From positions 32,001 through 96,000 of the forward strand of contig CBDAQI010000004.1 in NCBI GenBank assembly GCA_965198945.1: DNA of 64,000 nucleotides, in the 5' to 3' direction. Made by a program: the position numbers and the translations under genes. The DNA comes from Thermodesulfobacteriota bacterium (lineage in GTDB: Bacteria; Desulfobacterota_D; UBA1144; Nemesobacterales; Mycalebacteriaceae). Numbering within the stretch: the first letter of the stretch is position 1; every line of letters begins with the position of its first letter. Below, piece after piece: positions 33,539 through 43,463 of the stretch. The notes below the pieces were generated by a model. It saw only the letters and a list, made by a program, of their open reading frames with translations, did no database searches and was not told the DNA's origin.

Positions 33539-34360
33539 CTACTTTTCCACCCTCCCAATGTCCGTTGTGCTTCCGTCCGGGTGCAGTTTCATTATGGTGT
33601 CGTTTCTAACCACAATCGCGTCATAGCCAAGTTTCCGTTTCCGTTCCAGTTCCTTTTTGATTGCTCTCTGGTGGATTTTCCAGACCGTTTCAATATCAAC
33701 ACTGCCGATGTCAATTTTTTTCCCCTTTGTGGATTTTGCTTCGTCCATCTCGTAGGCACTTTCCGCTTCTTTCAATTTCGTCTTTTTCATCTCCGCCTCC
33801 TTTCTAATTTTGTTATACAGCTTTTGGTTTACGATGACAACTTCTTTGCGGCACTGCGTGAATATGGGCTCTCTTTCGGGGTCGGAACTGTCAAGACACT
33901 TCACCTCACTGCAAACCGGAGCGTAAATGAAAAGGTTTCGCAGTGTTTTGCCATAGCGTCTGCGTATATCCTTCTCAGGCACATTATGCCCGCCTTGCTT
34001 TACACGTTGCTTTACTCTGTTCAGAGAGGTTTCCGCGCTTGGTATCCACAGGTAAATAAGATTGACGCGCCAGCCGTCTTTCAGCATGCGGCTTACTCTT
34101 GCCAGGTGCGCCGTGCCAGAAAGGGTCGTCTCAAACGCAAAATTTTCTCTTTTCTCAATGCACTCCTCAACCTTTTGCAAGAAGATTTTTCCAGCCTCAA
34201 TCAGGTTTTTCCCGTCCTCTCCAAGCGGCGACAGAGCTGTTGCTATCATATCGGCGTTCAGAAAAATCTTGCAGTTGGTTTCCGGAAGAAACTCCATCGC
34301 AAAAGTGGTTTTCCCCGCCCCGTTTGGTCCCGCTATGATTGTGCAAACCGGTTGATTCAC
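33539..34360 (-). CDS. Zeta-toxin-like/AAA P-loop ATPase fused in frame to a small partner domain
   Basis: IIAGPNGAGKTTFA, FETTLSG, RVKQGGHNVP; internal AAGGAGG before in-frame ATG at 33790. Confidence 0.8.
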   Translation of the reverse strand: MNQPVCTIIAGPNGAGKTTFAMEFLPETNCKIFLNADMIATALSPLGEDGKNLIEAGKIFLQKVEECIEKRENFAFETTLSGTAHLARVSRMLKDGWRVNLIYLWIPSAETSLNRVKQRVKQGGHNVPEKDIRRRYGKTLRNLFIYAPVCSEVKCLDSSDPEREPIFTQCRKEVVIVNQKLYNKIRKEAEMKKTKLKEAESAYEMDEAKSTKGKKIDIGSVDIETVWKIHQRAIKKELERKRKLGYDAIVVRNDTIMKLHPDGSTTDIGRVEK

Positions 34361-34395
34361 TTCGGGATTATAACACTTCGTGTATGATGCTTATT

Positions 34396-34914
34396 ATGAA
34401 CAGTTTTGTCTCCATAGATGTTGAAACCGCCAACCACAGGCGGGGCAGCATCTGCCAAATCGGTGTTGTTGAGGTTCGCCGTGGTGTTTTTACCGATGAG
34501 TGGTCAACGCTTGTTAATCCCGAAGACGATTTTGATGAACGCAATATCAGGATTCACGGCATCTGTTCGGAAGATGTTGCCTCCGCGCCGAATTTTGCGG
34601 ATGTTTCAGGCGTCCTCCGTGCGAAACTCCGAAACCGCATTGTTATAAGCCACACTTTTTTTGACCTTCAGTCGGTAAAAGACGCCAAAAGAAGATACGG
34701 AATTGGGCCCATTGAGTTTCGGGACTGGCTGGACAGCAGAGAATTTGCTTACAAAGCCTTTGACTTGCGAAACGGCTCTTCTCTAAAGACTCTCTGCCGG
34801 GAACTCGGCATTTCATTTAATCACCATAATGCTCTGTCTGATGCAAGAGCGTGTGCCCAAATTGTTATCAGGGCTTGCGAATGCGTAAATTTTTCCGTTG
34901 CGGAATTTGTTTGA
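34396..34914 (+). CDS. DnaQ-like DEDDh 3'-5' exonuclease
   Basis: SIDVETAN, ICQIG, HHNALSDARAC. Confidence 0.88.
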   Translation: MNSFVSIDVETANHRRGSICQIGVVEVRRGVFTDEWSTLVNPEDDFDERNIRIHGICSEDVASAPNFADVSGVLRAKLRNRIVISHTFFDLQSVKDAKRRYGIGPIEFRDWLDSREFAYKAFDLRNGSSLKTLCRELGISFNHHNALSDARACAQIVIRACECVNFSVAEFV

Positions 34915-34923
34915 AATCAGGGA

Positions 34924-35032
34924 AAATTATGGGGGACACAATGTTTGATTCATCTCAACCCCAAGTATTTCGTTGTTTTCCCCGCCGGTTTTGACACTGT
35001 TTAGTGAGTGCAATAATTGTGTTCCCCCTGAC
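34924..35032. repeat. About 105-bp element, copy 2 (GGGGGACACAAT ... ATTGTGTTCCCC)
   Basis: Imperfect terminal inverted repeat; direct repeat of copy 1. Confidence 0.75.
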
Positions 35033-35101
35033 CCCCTCACTCTCAACCTTCAATCTCCATGGTGTTTGCGTCTGGGGGAATTTTTATTATGGTGACATTT
35101 C

Positions 35102-35548
35102 TTATAGCAGAGGATTCCGTGTTTTCAATTTAGGGAAGAGCGAGAAGTCACGGTCGCAGGTGAGCAATTCTTCAACACCGTGGGCAACACATATAGCCGC
35201 TATTCGCGCATCATGAACAACTGCTCCGCGCACTTTTGGATGCCTGGCAAAACCACTCAGGATTTTCAGAAAATTTTCCGTTTCACCAATAAGACTGACT
35301 GATGGCAAATTTATCCAGTTTTCAAGCTGTTTCCACGCCTGTTCATTAGTAGCTGCTTTGCTTTTCCATATACGGCGATTTGTTACCACATTCATAAACT
35401 CATAACAGCAGGGCCATGGAATTGCCCAGTATTTGTTGTCTCTTGCGAGTGTATTCAACAATTCAAAAGCATCGGAATGTTTAGGCTCGTCCTTCCTGTG
35501 AGCATAAACAAGCAGATTGGTGTCAACAGCAATCAACTTCGACGCCAA
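35102..35548 (-). CDS. VapC PIN-domain toxin
   Basis: IAVDTNLLVYAHR, VHDARIAAIC, DRDFSLFP. Confidence 0.9.
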   Translation of the reverse strand: MASKLIAVDTNLLVYAHRKDEPKHSDAFELLNTLARDNKYWAIPWPCCYEFMNVVTNRRIWKSKAATNEQAWKQLENWINLPSVSLIGETENFLKILSGFARHPKVRGAVVHDARIAAICVAHGVEELLTCDRDFSLFPKLKTRNPLL

Positions 35549-35787
35549 TCCTCGTAAATCATTTCACGAATCTCTTCCCAAGAAAGGTTTTCAAGCGGAC
35601 TGGAGTCGCTAGGGTCTCCCGTGCATAGATTAGGATTCAGTTTATAAGATTTTTTGGTGGGAAGCTGCGCGGAAAGTTCCTTGCGCAACCCTTCCTCAAC
35701 CACCGAGCGCAGAGAACGTCCGGTTTTCTTCGCATTACGTTTTGCCCGAATCAGCAATTCATCATTAATATCAATTGTCGTCTTCAT
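35533..35787 (-). CDS. VapB-like antitoxin
   Basis: MKTTIDINDELLIRAK...VVEEGLR; overlaps the vapC start. Confidence 0.88.
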   Translation of the reverse strand: MKTTIDINDELLIRAKRNAKKTGRSLRSVVEEGLRKELSAQLPTKKSYKLNPNLCTGDPSDSSPLENLSWEEIREMIYEDWRRS

Positions 35788-36080
35788 ATTCCCATACTAC
35801 CCATATCAGTGAATATGGACAAGCAATACCTTTTTGGAAATCCGTTTATATAATTGTAATTCTTTTGATTTGTGGAACCGGAGTGTGCTTGCCTGCGGGG
35901 ATGGCGATGAGGAGGACAGGGCTTTTATGCGCGACTTCTGGGTCAATTCGGGCTGCTATTTTCTTTGTGCCGGTTTCCACGGAGTTCCCGTCCGCCGAGA
36001 GCACAAAAAGTCATAACTTTACGGTGTCTTTGGATGGCCACATTGCTGATAAACAACCTAAAATTTGAGATAAATAATGT

Positions 36081-36788
36081 TTATGTGGAGTTTTTATTCT
36101 GTTGATTTCCAACAGGCCTCTTTGCTTCTTCTGCCAAATACATCTTCCCGCACTCATTACAGTAAAAATACCATTCGTAATAATACTTTTGTTTAGGCTT
36201 CAATTTCTTTCTTTCCGGTTTTTTCTTAATCATTGGTTTGGAGCAATGTCGGCACACCTTTTCTATTTTCGGAAGATTAGTTTTTCTTTCCACTTTTTTT
36301 CGGGGCGGAATTCCTGTTTTGCTCGCGTGTGATTTTTCATAGCCTTCGTCAACCTGCAAGTTTGCCGATTTGCATGCCTCAACGGCGAGTTGATCACACC
36401 TCTCGTTTTCCTCTATGCCCCGATGGCCGGGAACCCATTTAAAATTCACATTGTGTTTCCGGTGGACGGATAGAAAGCGTTTCCAAAGATCAGTATTTTT
36501 CACTTTTTCCCAATTTTTTTTCTTCCAACCTGCTATCCAATTCTGATTGACGGCATCAACCACATATTTTGAATCGCTGTAAATAGTTATGTCCAACGGG
36601 GATTCTTTCAGCGTCTCAAGGCCCGCAATGACGGCAAGCAGTTCCATACGACTGTTTGTTGTGAACCGGAAACCCCGCGAAAGCTCCTTTCTGTTTTCAC
36701 CGCTTATCAGAACAACTCCGTAGCCTCCGGGCCCGGGATTTGGTTCGGCGGCGCCGTCCGTATATATGACAACCTTTTTCTTGCTCAT
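36081..36788 (-). CDS. rnhA: Ribonuclease HI with C-terminal CxxC...CxxC extension
   Basis: YTDGAAEPNPGPGG, TTNSRMEL, SDSKYV, WVPGHRG..ENERCD. Confidence 0.9.
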   Translation of the reverse strand: MSKKKVVIYTDGAAEPNPGPGGYGVVLISGENRKELSRGFRFTTNSRMELLAVIAGLETLKESPLDITIYSDSKYVVDAVNQNWIAGWKKKNWEKVKNTDLWKRFLSVHRKHNVNFKWVPGHRGIEENERCDQLAVEACKSANLQVDEGYEKSHASKTGIPPRKKVERKTNLPKIEKVCRHCSKPMIKKKPERKKLKPKQKYYYEWYFYCNECGKMYLAEEAKRPVGNQQNKNST

Positions 36789-37112
36789 TTCAGAAGGCTA
36801 ACCTATCTTATTGTTTGCCGCTCTGCCCGCATTCAAAATCGGTTTGGATTTTACAGTTTACACTTGTGCGGCTGAGTGTATCGTTGCTTTCAATAACAAA
36901 CTTCCGCCCTCGCCATAGAATTTTTTGAAACCGCCAACTGCAAAAAAGGGGCCGAATCTGCCAAATCCGGGCTGTTGAGATTCGCGGGAGTATTTCTACT
37001 GATGAGCGCGTACCCTTTATCCGTCTTTAAGTGAGAATGAAATGGCAATTAAAATAAATCCCGTTTTTTTCCAAACTGCTCTTCGCTTAAACATGCATCG
37101 GAGCGGCGGATT

Positions 37113-37832
37113 TTATTCCCAAATGCGGCTTTTTTGTATTCGCTTTTTGTTCTCTATAAAACTTCTCTGCAGGTTGCTCCAAATATTTATGCCGGCATAC
37201 TGTTCAATCCTCTTGGTTGAAACAAGAAATGATTCAAGGGGATTTTTGCGGGGTTCGTTGGGTATGATGAAAGACCACATATCCAAATCTCCTTCTTTGT
37301 TTTCAGTGAGTACTGACTTAAAGAATGCGTTGGGTATGGGAAGACTGATGCAATTGTCATCACCTGTGCCGATAAATGTTGTGGCCACATCAAAATAGAA
37401 AATAGGCCCCGAAATAACATATGTTTCAAGTATTTCGGGTCTCGCATCCAAATCCCTTACGGCATTTTCAAGCTGCGCCCAGATGCCGCTGTTAAACTTG
37501 TGAACCTGAGGACACATATTTGAAAGCAGAAAAGTTTCACTGTTTTGAAGTTCAAACTCCTGTTGGTCGGCGCTTGCAACCAGATGTCCTCTGTCATAAC
37601 CTGAACCTTTATAGTCAACAAGGTCAGCCCGGAACATTTCGGGTATCCTGTAATCTGTGCGGAAATTATCAGCCCGTTTAGCCCTCATATGGCTTGAGTC
37701 AATAATCTCAAGCGCCCACTTGGCTTGACGAAAATAGTATGAATAGCCAAGCACATAATGGCGTTTGAACACAACCTGATCGGCGGCCGGTATGCCGTAG
37801 CGAATTTCGCGTCTTCCACTCTGTATTTCCAT
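37113..37832 (-). CDS. DNA/RNA non-specific endonuclease
   Basis: GYDRGHL, TFLLSNMCPQ..FNSGIW..LE. Confidence 0.88.
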   Translation of the reverse strand: MEIQSGRREIRYGIPAADQVVFKRHYVLGYSYYFRQAKWALEIIDSSHMRAKRADNFRTDYRIPEMFRADLVDYKGSGYDRGHLVASADQQEFELQNSETFLLSNMCPQVHKFNSGIWAQLENAVRDLDARPEILETYVISGPIFYFDVATTFIGTGDDNCISLPIPNAFFKSVLTENKEGDLDMWSFIIPNEPRKNPLESFLVSTKRIEQYAGINIWSNLQRSFIENKKRIQKSRIWE

Positions 37833-37963
37833 TTTTTCGTCCTTCCGTGATTTTATCCCGACATCTATTACACAAAGGTTCGGGCGAGAATATAATCATT
37901 TTACCTCCTTATCAGGCTCCATTATAATTTGTTTTATAAATTCTACTTTGTATTAAAAAGCAG

Positions 37964-38314
37964 ATGGCTGTTCAAAAAAGCAAAAGCTGTTTTGGTGCAA
38001 ACGGTGAACCGCTTACCGAATACGGTTCCCGAAGCGAAGCGCGTGAGGGCGCGGATTATGCAAAATTCCATTTTGGCAATGAAAGCCTGGTGCCTTACAT
38101 TTGCGAGATTTGCGGCTGTTTTCATATCGGACCCAAAGACCGTGCTCCAAGTAAAACATGTCCGGATTGCACAGGATCCGAAGGCGAAAACAAGGATATC
38201 TATCAAACTGAACCCGAAGCGCAAAGAATGGTAAAAATCAAAATGAAAAAGGGAAAATATTTGAGCGCCTATCCCTGCCCGGTTGGCAATGGATGGCATT
38301 TGACCAAAAAATAG
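37964..38314 (+). CDS. Small Cys/His-rich protein with a duplicated motif
   Basis: YxxxxEA...YxCxxxxxxHL/I occurs twice. Confidence 0.6.
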   Translation: MAVQKSKSCFGANGEPLTEYGSRSEAREGADYAKFHFGNESLVPYICEICGCFHIGPKDRAPSKTCPDCTGSEGENKDIYQTEPEAQRMVKIKMKKGKYLSAYPCPVGNGWHLTKK

Positions 38315-38394
38315 AGACCGTTTTAACTTGAGTTATGCTTTCCTTTTCTCCTTTGACACTTTCAATGATTGTTTATACACTTGGCTTTTCGCGC

Positions 38395-38469
<75 letters not shown>

Positions 38470-38536
38470 AGACAAACGAACGTCAGTCTGATTTTGCGCA
38501 GACGGCACCCGCTTCCAAACCTTGAGACCCGCTTAC

Positions 38537-39552
38537 TTACGCGCTTATTATTATCTTCAGCGTTTTTTCCTTTGCCGCATTGCCGAAGGTGTCATATGCC
38601 GCCATCATCTCCTTCAGTTTGAAATGATGGGTTACAAGATTCTCCGGTTTAAGCCTGCCTGCCTGTGCAACCTTGAGCAGCATGGACGTGGTCTCCGTGT
38701 CCACAAGACGTGTCATCAGCCTGATGTTGTGACACCATAGACGTTCCATATCAAATGTGACAGGTTGGCCGTGAACACCCACATTGGCGTCTGACAGACA
38801 TCAAAGGTGTCAGGCACACCGACCGCCTCAACGGACACATCAACACCCTCACCGTCAGTCATTTTCATTATCTCATTCACAGCTTCTCCTTTGGAATTGT
38901 CAATGGTTGTGGTTGCTCCCAGTTTTTTTGCAACTTTCAGGCGGTTCTTGTCCACATCAACTGCGATTATATGTGCCGGCGCATAGAATTGCGCGGTCAA
39001 TATGGTGGCAAGTCCGACTGGGCCGGCTCCCACAACCGCAACCGTATCACCCGGTGAGACACCTCCGTTGAGAACTCCGCACTCAAAGCCGGTTGGGAGT
39101 ATGTCACTCATCATTACAAGCCCTTCCTCGCTAATCCCGCTTGGAGCGTGATAGAGGCTTGTGTCTGCAAACGGGGTCCTGACGTATTCGGCCTGGGTGC
39201 CGTCAATCAGATGACCAAGTATCCATCCTCCGCCGCTTGAGCAGTGGGAATACATTTTGTTTTTGCACCGGTCGCACTTTCCGCACGAAGTGATGCATGA
39301 AATCAGAACCTTGTCTCCGACCTTGAAGTTTGAGACAGCATCTCCAACCTCCCTTACAATCCCGACCCCTTCATGACCGAGTATGCGTCCCTGAGCCACA
39401 GTTGGCACGTCCCCTTTCATTATGTGCAGGTCCGTGCCGCAGATAGTAGTTTTGGTAATCCGGACTATGGCATCAGTTGGCTCCTGAATGGTTGGCGCGG
39501 GAACCGTTTTCCAGGTTCGGTCGCCCGGACCATTGTAAACCAAAGCTTTCAT
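38537..39552 (-). pseudogene. Zn-dependent alcohol dehydrogenase with an internal deletion/frameshift near 38790
   Basis: ICGTDLH, GHEGVG, GAGPVG; FDVCQ joined out of frame to ANVGVHG with several residues missing. Confidence 0.85.
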
Positions 39553-39719
39553 ATTGAACCCTCCTTCAAATAAAGACTGTTTTAATGTAGGTATAAAAGA
39601 CTATAAAAGTCAACTTCTTTTTCAGTTGTTGTTACGCTTTTCCGCTTTTTTGACACGAGACCGTATTGATATAGATTTGAGGTCTTGGCGGAAACAGGCT
39701 GATACCGGTTATCTTGTTA

Positions 39720-39760
39720 CTGATAAGAAAGAGGTTAATGGTTCAAGTAAGTTTGGGTCC
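39720..39760 (+). pseudogene. Decayed tRNA-Ile 3' half
   Basis: CTGATAAGAAAGAGGTTAATGGTTCAAGT...TGGGTCC versus CTGATAAGGGTGAGGTCGATGGTTCAAAT...TGGGCCC. Confidence 0.6.
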
Positions 39761-39783
39761 GTGAAAATATTTGCCGTAAGATC

Positions 39784-39856
39784 GGGGGTGTAGCTCAGTT
39801 GGGAGAGCGCCGGCTTTGCAAGCCGGAGGTCGGCGGTTCGAGCCCGCTCACCTCCA
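39784..39856 (+). tRNA. tRNA-Ala(TGC)
   Basis: G3.U70 pair; CCGGC-TTTGCAA-GCCGG anticodon arm. Confidence 0.96.
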
Positions 39857-40058
39857 TGCAAAATATTCCGCAACGGGGTGCGGAAAATGATAATGTCCGT
39901 TTTTTGTGTAGTGAAGGAGAGAAAACATACAGTCTCTTTCTTCTCTGGTTGAAAGAACAGGCCCGACGGATTTTGTTTTCAGACGGTAAGACCAAACTCA
40001 AAAGAAAAAAACAAAACCCTCAATTTTCAGTTATTTTTACCCTGTGAACGGTAAAACA

Positions 40059-40134
40059 GGGGCCGTAGCTCAATTGGGAGAGCGCATCAATGGCATTGAT
40101 GAGGTAGTGGGTTCGAATCCCATCGGCTCCACCA
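40059..40134 (+). tRNA. tRNA-Ala(GGC)
   Basis: G3.U70 pair; CATCA-ATGGCAT-TGATG; encoded CCA. Confidence 0.96.
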
Positions 40135-41167
40135 CAACCCTTTTTCCGTTTTTCCACTTTGTGACAACCATTGTGTGTCCGGTCTGTCTTCCGTCTGTGT
40201 CTGTGCAAAACTTTCCATAAAAAGTCGTAAAATCCAGTTTTTTCGCTGTTTCCCGCAAGAGTTTGTCGTTCGTGTTTTGGCTTTCAGACACACATTTCTG
40301 AACTATTAAACCAATGTTAAAAGCCTGAGCGGCGGGGTAGTCAGGGGGGCGGCCGTATTCCCTGCGGAATATTTCCGCAAAATCAAAAGACGAAGGACCA
40401 AAATCCGGTTTTTCAAATTCCGTATTATCTTCCTCCCACTGGCTCACCGAAAAAACACCTTCGCTCTTCTCGCCGAGGTGCCGGACAAAATCCTCCACGC
40501 CCGCGGCGACAAAACATAAAAACCCCGGTCTTTTCTTCATTGATAAGACCTTTGCGGCAAGGGCGATGTCGTCTTCCATTCTGCCGCAAGAAAGTAGCGC
40601 TCCTCCGCCTGTTTCCAGTTCGCGCAAAACGGTCTCAAAGTCTGCGGTTCCCGAAAAGTATTCAAAACGGCAAACATTCATTCCCAACTCCCATGCGCGT
40701 TTTTCCGCCCCATCCGCCACGCTTTTTGAAAAACCGCTGTCGTGAGCATTTGCCATTACAATTTTTTTCCCTCCGCTCCGTTTTAGTATTTCAAGAACCG
40801 TTATGAAATAACGGCTCGCGGGAGTTATTGCGTTTACGGTGTTTTCATACCCGCTGATTTCATCAGCCGCTCCGCCGTGATTCCACAGAGTGCGCTTGCG
40901 GGAAAGCGCAGCCTTTGCCGCGGCAACGGTGAGACCGCTTGAATAAGGACCCAAAACAATGTCAACCGTTCGGTCGGCACAAAATTTTTCGGTTATAAAA
41001 GCCGCCTTTTCAGGCGAACTTTCATCATCTTCAATTACGACCTCCATGCGCCCGGCTCCGCGCAGGTCTGAGTATTTTCCCCAGAGTAAAATCCCGTCGC
41101 GGGCTTTTACTCCGAGCGGTGAGAACCTTCCTGTCAAACTGAGCGGGATTGCGGCTTTAAGAAACAA
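40070..41167 (-). CDS. LivJ-like amino-acid ABC substrate-binding fold protein (no visible signal peptide)
   Basis: LSLTGRFS, EDDESSPE, LGPYSSGLT, DFTTFYGKF. Confidence 0.8.
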   Translation of the reverse strand: MFLKAAIPLSLTGRFSPLGVKARDGILLWGKYSDLRGAGRMEVVIEDDESSPEKAAFITEKFCADRTVDIVLGPYSSGLTVAAAKAALSRKRTLWNHGGAADEISGYENTVNAITPASRYFITVLEILKRSGGKKIVMANAHDSGFSKSVADGAEKRAWELGMNVCRFEYFSGTADFETVLRELETGGGALLSCGRMEDDIALAAKVLSMKKRPGFLCFVAAGVEDFVRHLGEKSEGVFSVSQWEEDNTEFEKPDFGPSSFDFAEIFRREYGRPPDYPAAQAFNIGLIVQKCVSESQNTNDKLLRETAKKLDFTTFYGKFCTDTDGRQTGHTMVVTKWKNGKRVVVEPMGFEPTTSSMPLMRSPN

Positions 41168-41169
41168 TT

Positions 41170-42366
41170 TCAGGAAAGGAGGGAGACGGCTTTTTCTACT
41201 CTGTTCATACCTTCTTCAATGTTCTCCATTGATGTTGCATATGAAATTCTGACATGGTTTTCCATTCCGAATTCCACACCGGGAACAACGGCGACTTCCG
41301 CCTGACTCAGCAGAAAATCGGCAAAATCAAGGCTGTTGCTTATCTTTCTGTCGCCGAACTTCGCGCCGGTAAATTTTTTGATTGAAGGGAAAATATAAAA
41401 TGCTCCCTGAGGGTTCAGACACTCAAATCCCATCTCCAAAACCCTTGAGACTATAAAGTCTTTTCTGCGTTCAAATTCCTCCGCACGTTTCTTTACGACT
41501 TCCTGACCGCCTGAGAGGGCTTCAATCGCGGCCATTTGCGCCATTGACGGCGGATTTGATGTGCATTGCCCCTGTATTCTTGACATGGCCGCAACCACAT
41601 CAGCATTTCCCGCCGCGTATCCTATTCTCCATCCGGTCATTGAGTAGGTTTTGGAGACTCCGTTTACCATAATGGAGTTTTTTTTCACATCCGCGCCCAG
41701 AGATGCAACCGGGGTATGGGTGGAGCCGCCATAAAGTATTTTGTCATATATTTCATCCGATATTATGAAGATTCCGGCATCCATTACCGCATTCACCACG
41801 GCTTGCAACTCTTTTTCATTATATGTTGAACCGGTTGGATTTGACGGATAGTTCAATATCAGCGCACGCGTCCGCGGAGAAATTTTTTCTTTCAAAGCTC
41901 CGGGTGTGAGTTTGAATCCGTCTTTGAGAAATGTTTCAACAATAACCGGAACAGCTCCCGCGAGCGCAATCTGAGCGGGATATGAAACCCAGTAGGGGGA
42001 GGGAACAATCACTTCATCTCCGGGATTGAGAACCGCCTGGGCTATATTGTAAAGAGTGTGTTTCGCTCCGCATGAGACCATTACTTCGTTCTGTGAATAT
42101 TCAATTCCGTAATCGTCTTTGATTCTTGCCGTTATTGCATTTTTTAGTTCCGGTATTCCGCCGACCGCGGTGTATTTGGTAAATCCGATTTGTATGGATT
42201 CAATCGCCGCATTCTTTACATTGCCCGGTGTGTCAAAATCCGGCTCACCCGCCCCGAATCCTATTACATCCACGCCCTCGGCCCGCAGCTCTTTCACCTT
42301 TGCCGTGATGGCAAGTGTCGCAGACTGTTTTATCCCCGCCGCTCTTTTGGAAATTTCTATGGTCAT
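41170..42366 (-). CDS. aspC: Class I PLP aminotransferase (aspartate aminotransferase)
   Basis: GAGEPDFDTP, NYPSNPTG, SDEIY, SKTYSMTGWRIGY. Confidence 0.9.
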   Translation of the reverse strand: MTIEISKRAAGIKQSATLAITAKVKELRAEGVDVIGFGAGEPDFDTPGNVKNAAIESIQIGFTKYTAVGGIPELKNAITARIKDDYGIEYSQNEVMVSCGAKHTLYNIAQAVLNPGDEVIVPSPYWVSYPAQIALAGAVPVIVETFLKDGFKLTPGALKEKISPRTRALILNYPSNPTGSTYNEKELQAVVNAVMDAGIFIISDEIYDKILYGGSTHTPVASLGADVKKNSIMVNGVSKTYSMTGWRIGYAAGNADVVAAMSRIQGQCTSNPPSMAQMAAIEALSGGQEVVKKRAEEFERRKDFIVSRVLEMGFECLNPQGAFYIFPSIKKFTGAKFGDRKISNSLDFADFLLSQAEVAVVPGVEFGMENHVRISYATSMENIEEGMNRVEKAVSLLS

Positions 42367-42390
42367 TTTTTCTTCCGCCTTTTCAGATTT

Positions 42391-42876
42391 TTATTTTCCG
42401 CGCAGTTTTTCCCGCAGGTTTTTCTCAACGAAATCCGGAATCAATCCCTCCGCCGAGCCGCCCAGGGCAACTATCTCTTTTATCAGGGATGAACTGATAT
42501 ACGAATAATTTGAGTCAGTAACCATAAACACCGTTTCAACTGCGGGGTTGAGAGATCTGTTTGCCGTTGCCATTTGAAATTCATATTCAAAGTCCGAAAC
42601 ATTTCTCATGCCTCTGATTATCATTTTTATTCCCTTCTCAGATGCGTAATTCATAAGCAGTCCGTCAAAACTTTCAACCCTGACATTGCCTTTGTTCTCA
42701 ACGGCGCTCCTGACCATTTCAACTCTTTCTTCGGATGAAAAAATGGCTTTTTTTGAGATTTTCTTTGCAACCGCAACGGTGATTTCATCAAACACTTGAG
42801 CTCCGCGCTCAATGATATTGAGATGTCCCAGTGTCAAGGGGTCAAAAGAACCCGGGTAAATTGCCGATGTTTTCAT
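42391..42876 (-). CDS. coaD: Pantetheine-phosphate adenylyltransferase
   Basis: YPGSFDPLTLGH, RGMRNVSDFEYE, ISSSLIKE. Confidence 0.96.
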   Translation of the reverse strand: MKTSAIYPGSFDPLTLGHLNIIERGAQVFDEITVAVAKKISKKAIFSSEERVEMVRSAVENKGNVRVESFDGLLMNYASEKGIKMIIRGMRNVSDFEYEFQMATANRSLNPAVETVFMVTDSNYSYISSSLIKEIVALGGSAEGLIPDFVEKNLREKLRGK

Positions 42877-43436
42877 TGTTTTATACTCGCCCGACCGCAC
42901 TCAAGGATGCTGACTGTTGTTCCCCCATAACGTTTATTAAGGCGTTTTGCTCCGTTTTCACTTTTTGCGCCAGCCGACGCGGTTTCATATTCTATTACAA
43001 TTCTTCCGTTTTCCGACAGCAGAGCCGAGAAGGCATCAGTCAAATCCTTTTCCGAAACCCGCTTGTAGAGCGCATATGGCGGCATAATAAAAACCAAATC
43101 AAAAAATTTCTTTTTTTCAAGCAGACGGGCGGATGTTTTTCTGTAGTCCGAATGCATAATCTCGCACCGGTCTTCAAAACCGCATTCTCTGATGTTATAA
43201 CGGATAATGTCAGCAACGTGCGAGCTTTTTTCAATAAACACAACCGAGTCCGCTCCCCTGCTCAGAGATTCTATTCCCAGAGCGCCCGATCCAGCGAAAA
43301 CGTCCAGAACTCTGGCGCCTTCAATATTTCCCAAGGTGTCAAACACAGACTTTTTCACCCGTGCCGCCATCGGGCGCACACCGCTTGAAGCGGTTCTGAT
43401 TTTTCTGCCTTTTGCCGAACCGGTTATTACGCGCAT
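42873..43436 (-). CDS. rsmD: 16S rRNA m2G966 methyltransferase
   Basis: MRVITGSAKGRK, LDVFAGSGALGIESLSRGA, PPY; adjacent to coaD. Confidence 0.92.
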   Translation of the reverse strand: MRVITGSAKGRKIRTASSGVRPMAARVKKSVFDTLGNIEGARVLDVFAGSGALGIESLSRGADSVVFIEKSSHVADIIRYNIRECGFEDRCEIMHSDYRKTSARLLEKKKFFDLVFIMPPYALYKRVSEKDLTDAFSALLSENGRIVIEYETASAGAKSENGAKRLNKRYGGTTVSILECGRASIKQ

Positions 43437-43463
43437 GGCGCTGGAAAGGATACTAAAAATTCC

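Noticed and set aside
33581..34387. 268-aa plus-strand ORF and similar long antisense ORFs elsewhere
   Set aside because: They are shadows of well-supported genes on the opposite strand.
35800..37110. Possible gene remnants at 35834-36016 and about 36850-37030
   Set aside because: Too short and degraded to assign to any family.
31100..38320. Integron cassette array
   Set aside because: No intI gene, mixed gene orientations, and no recognisable attC RYYYAAC/GTTRRRY pairs.
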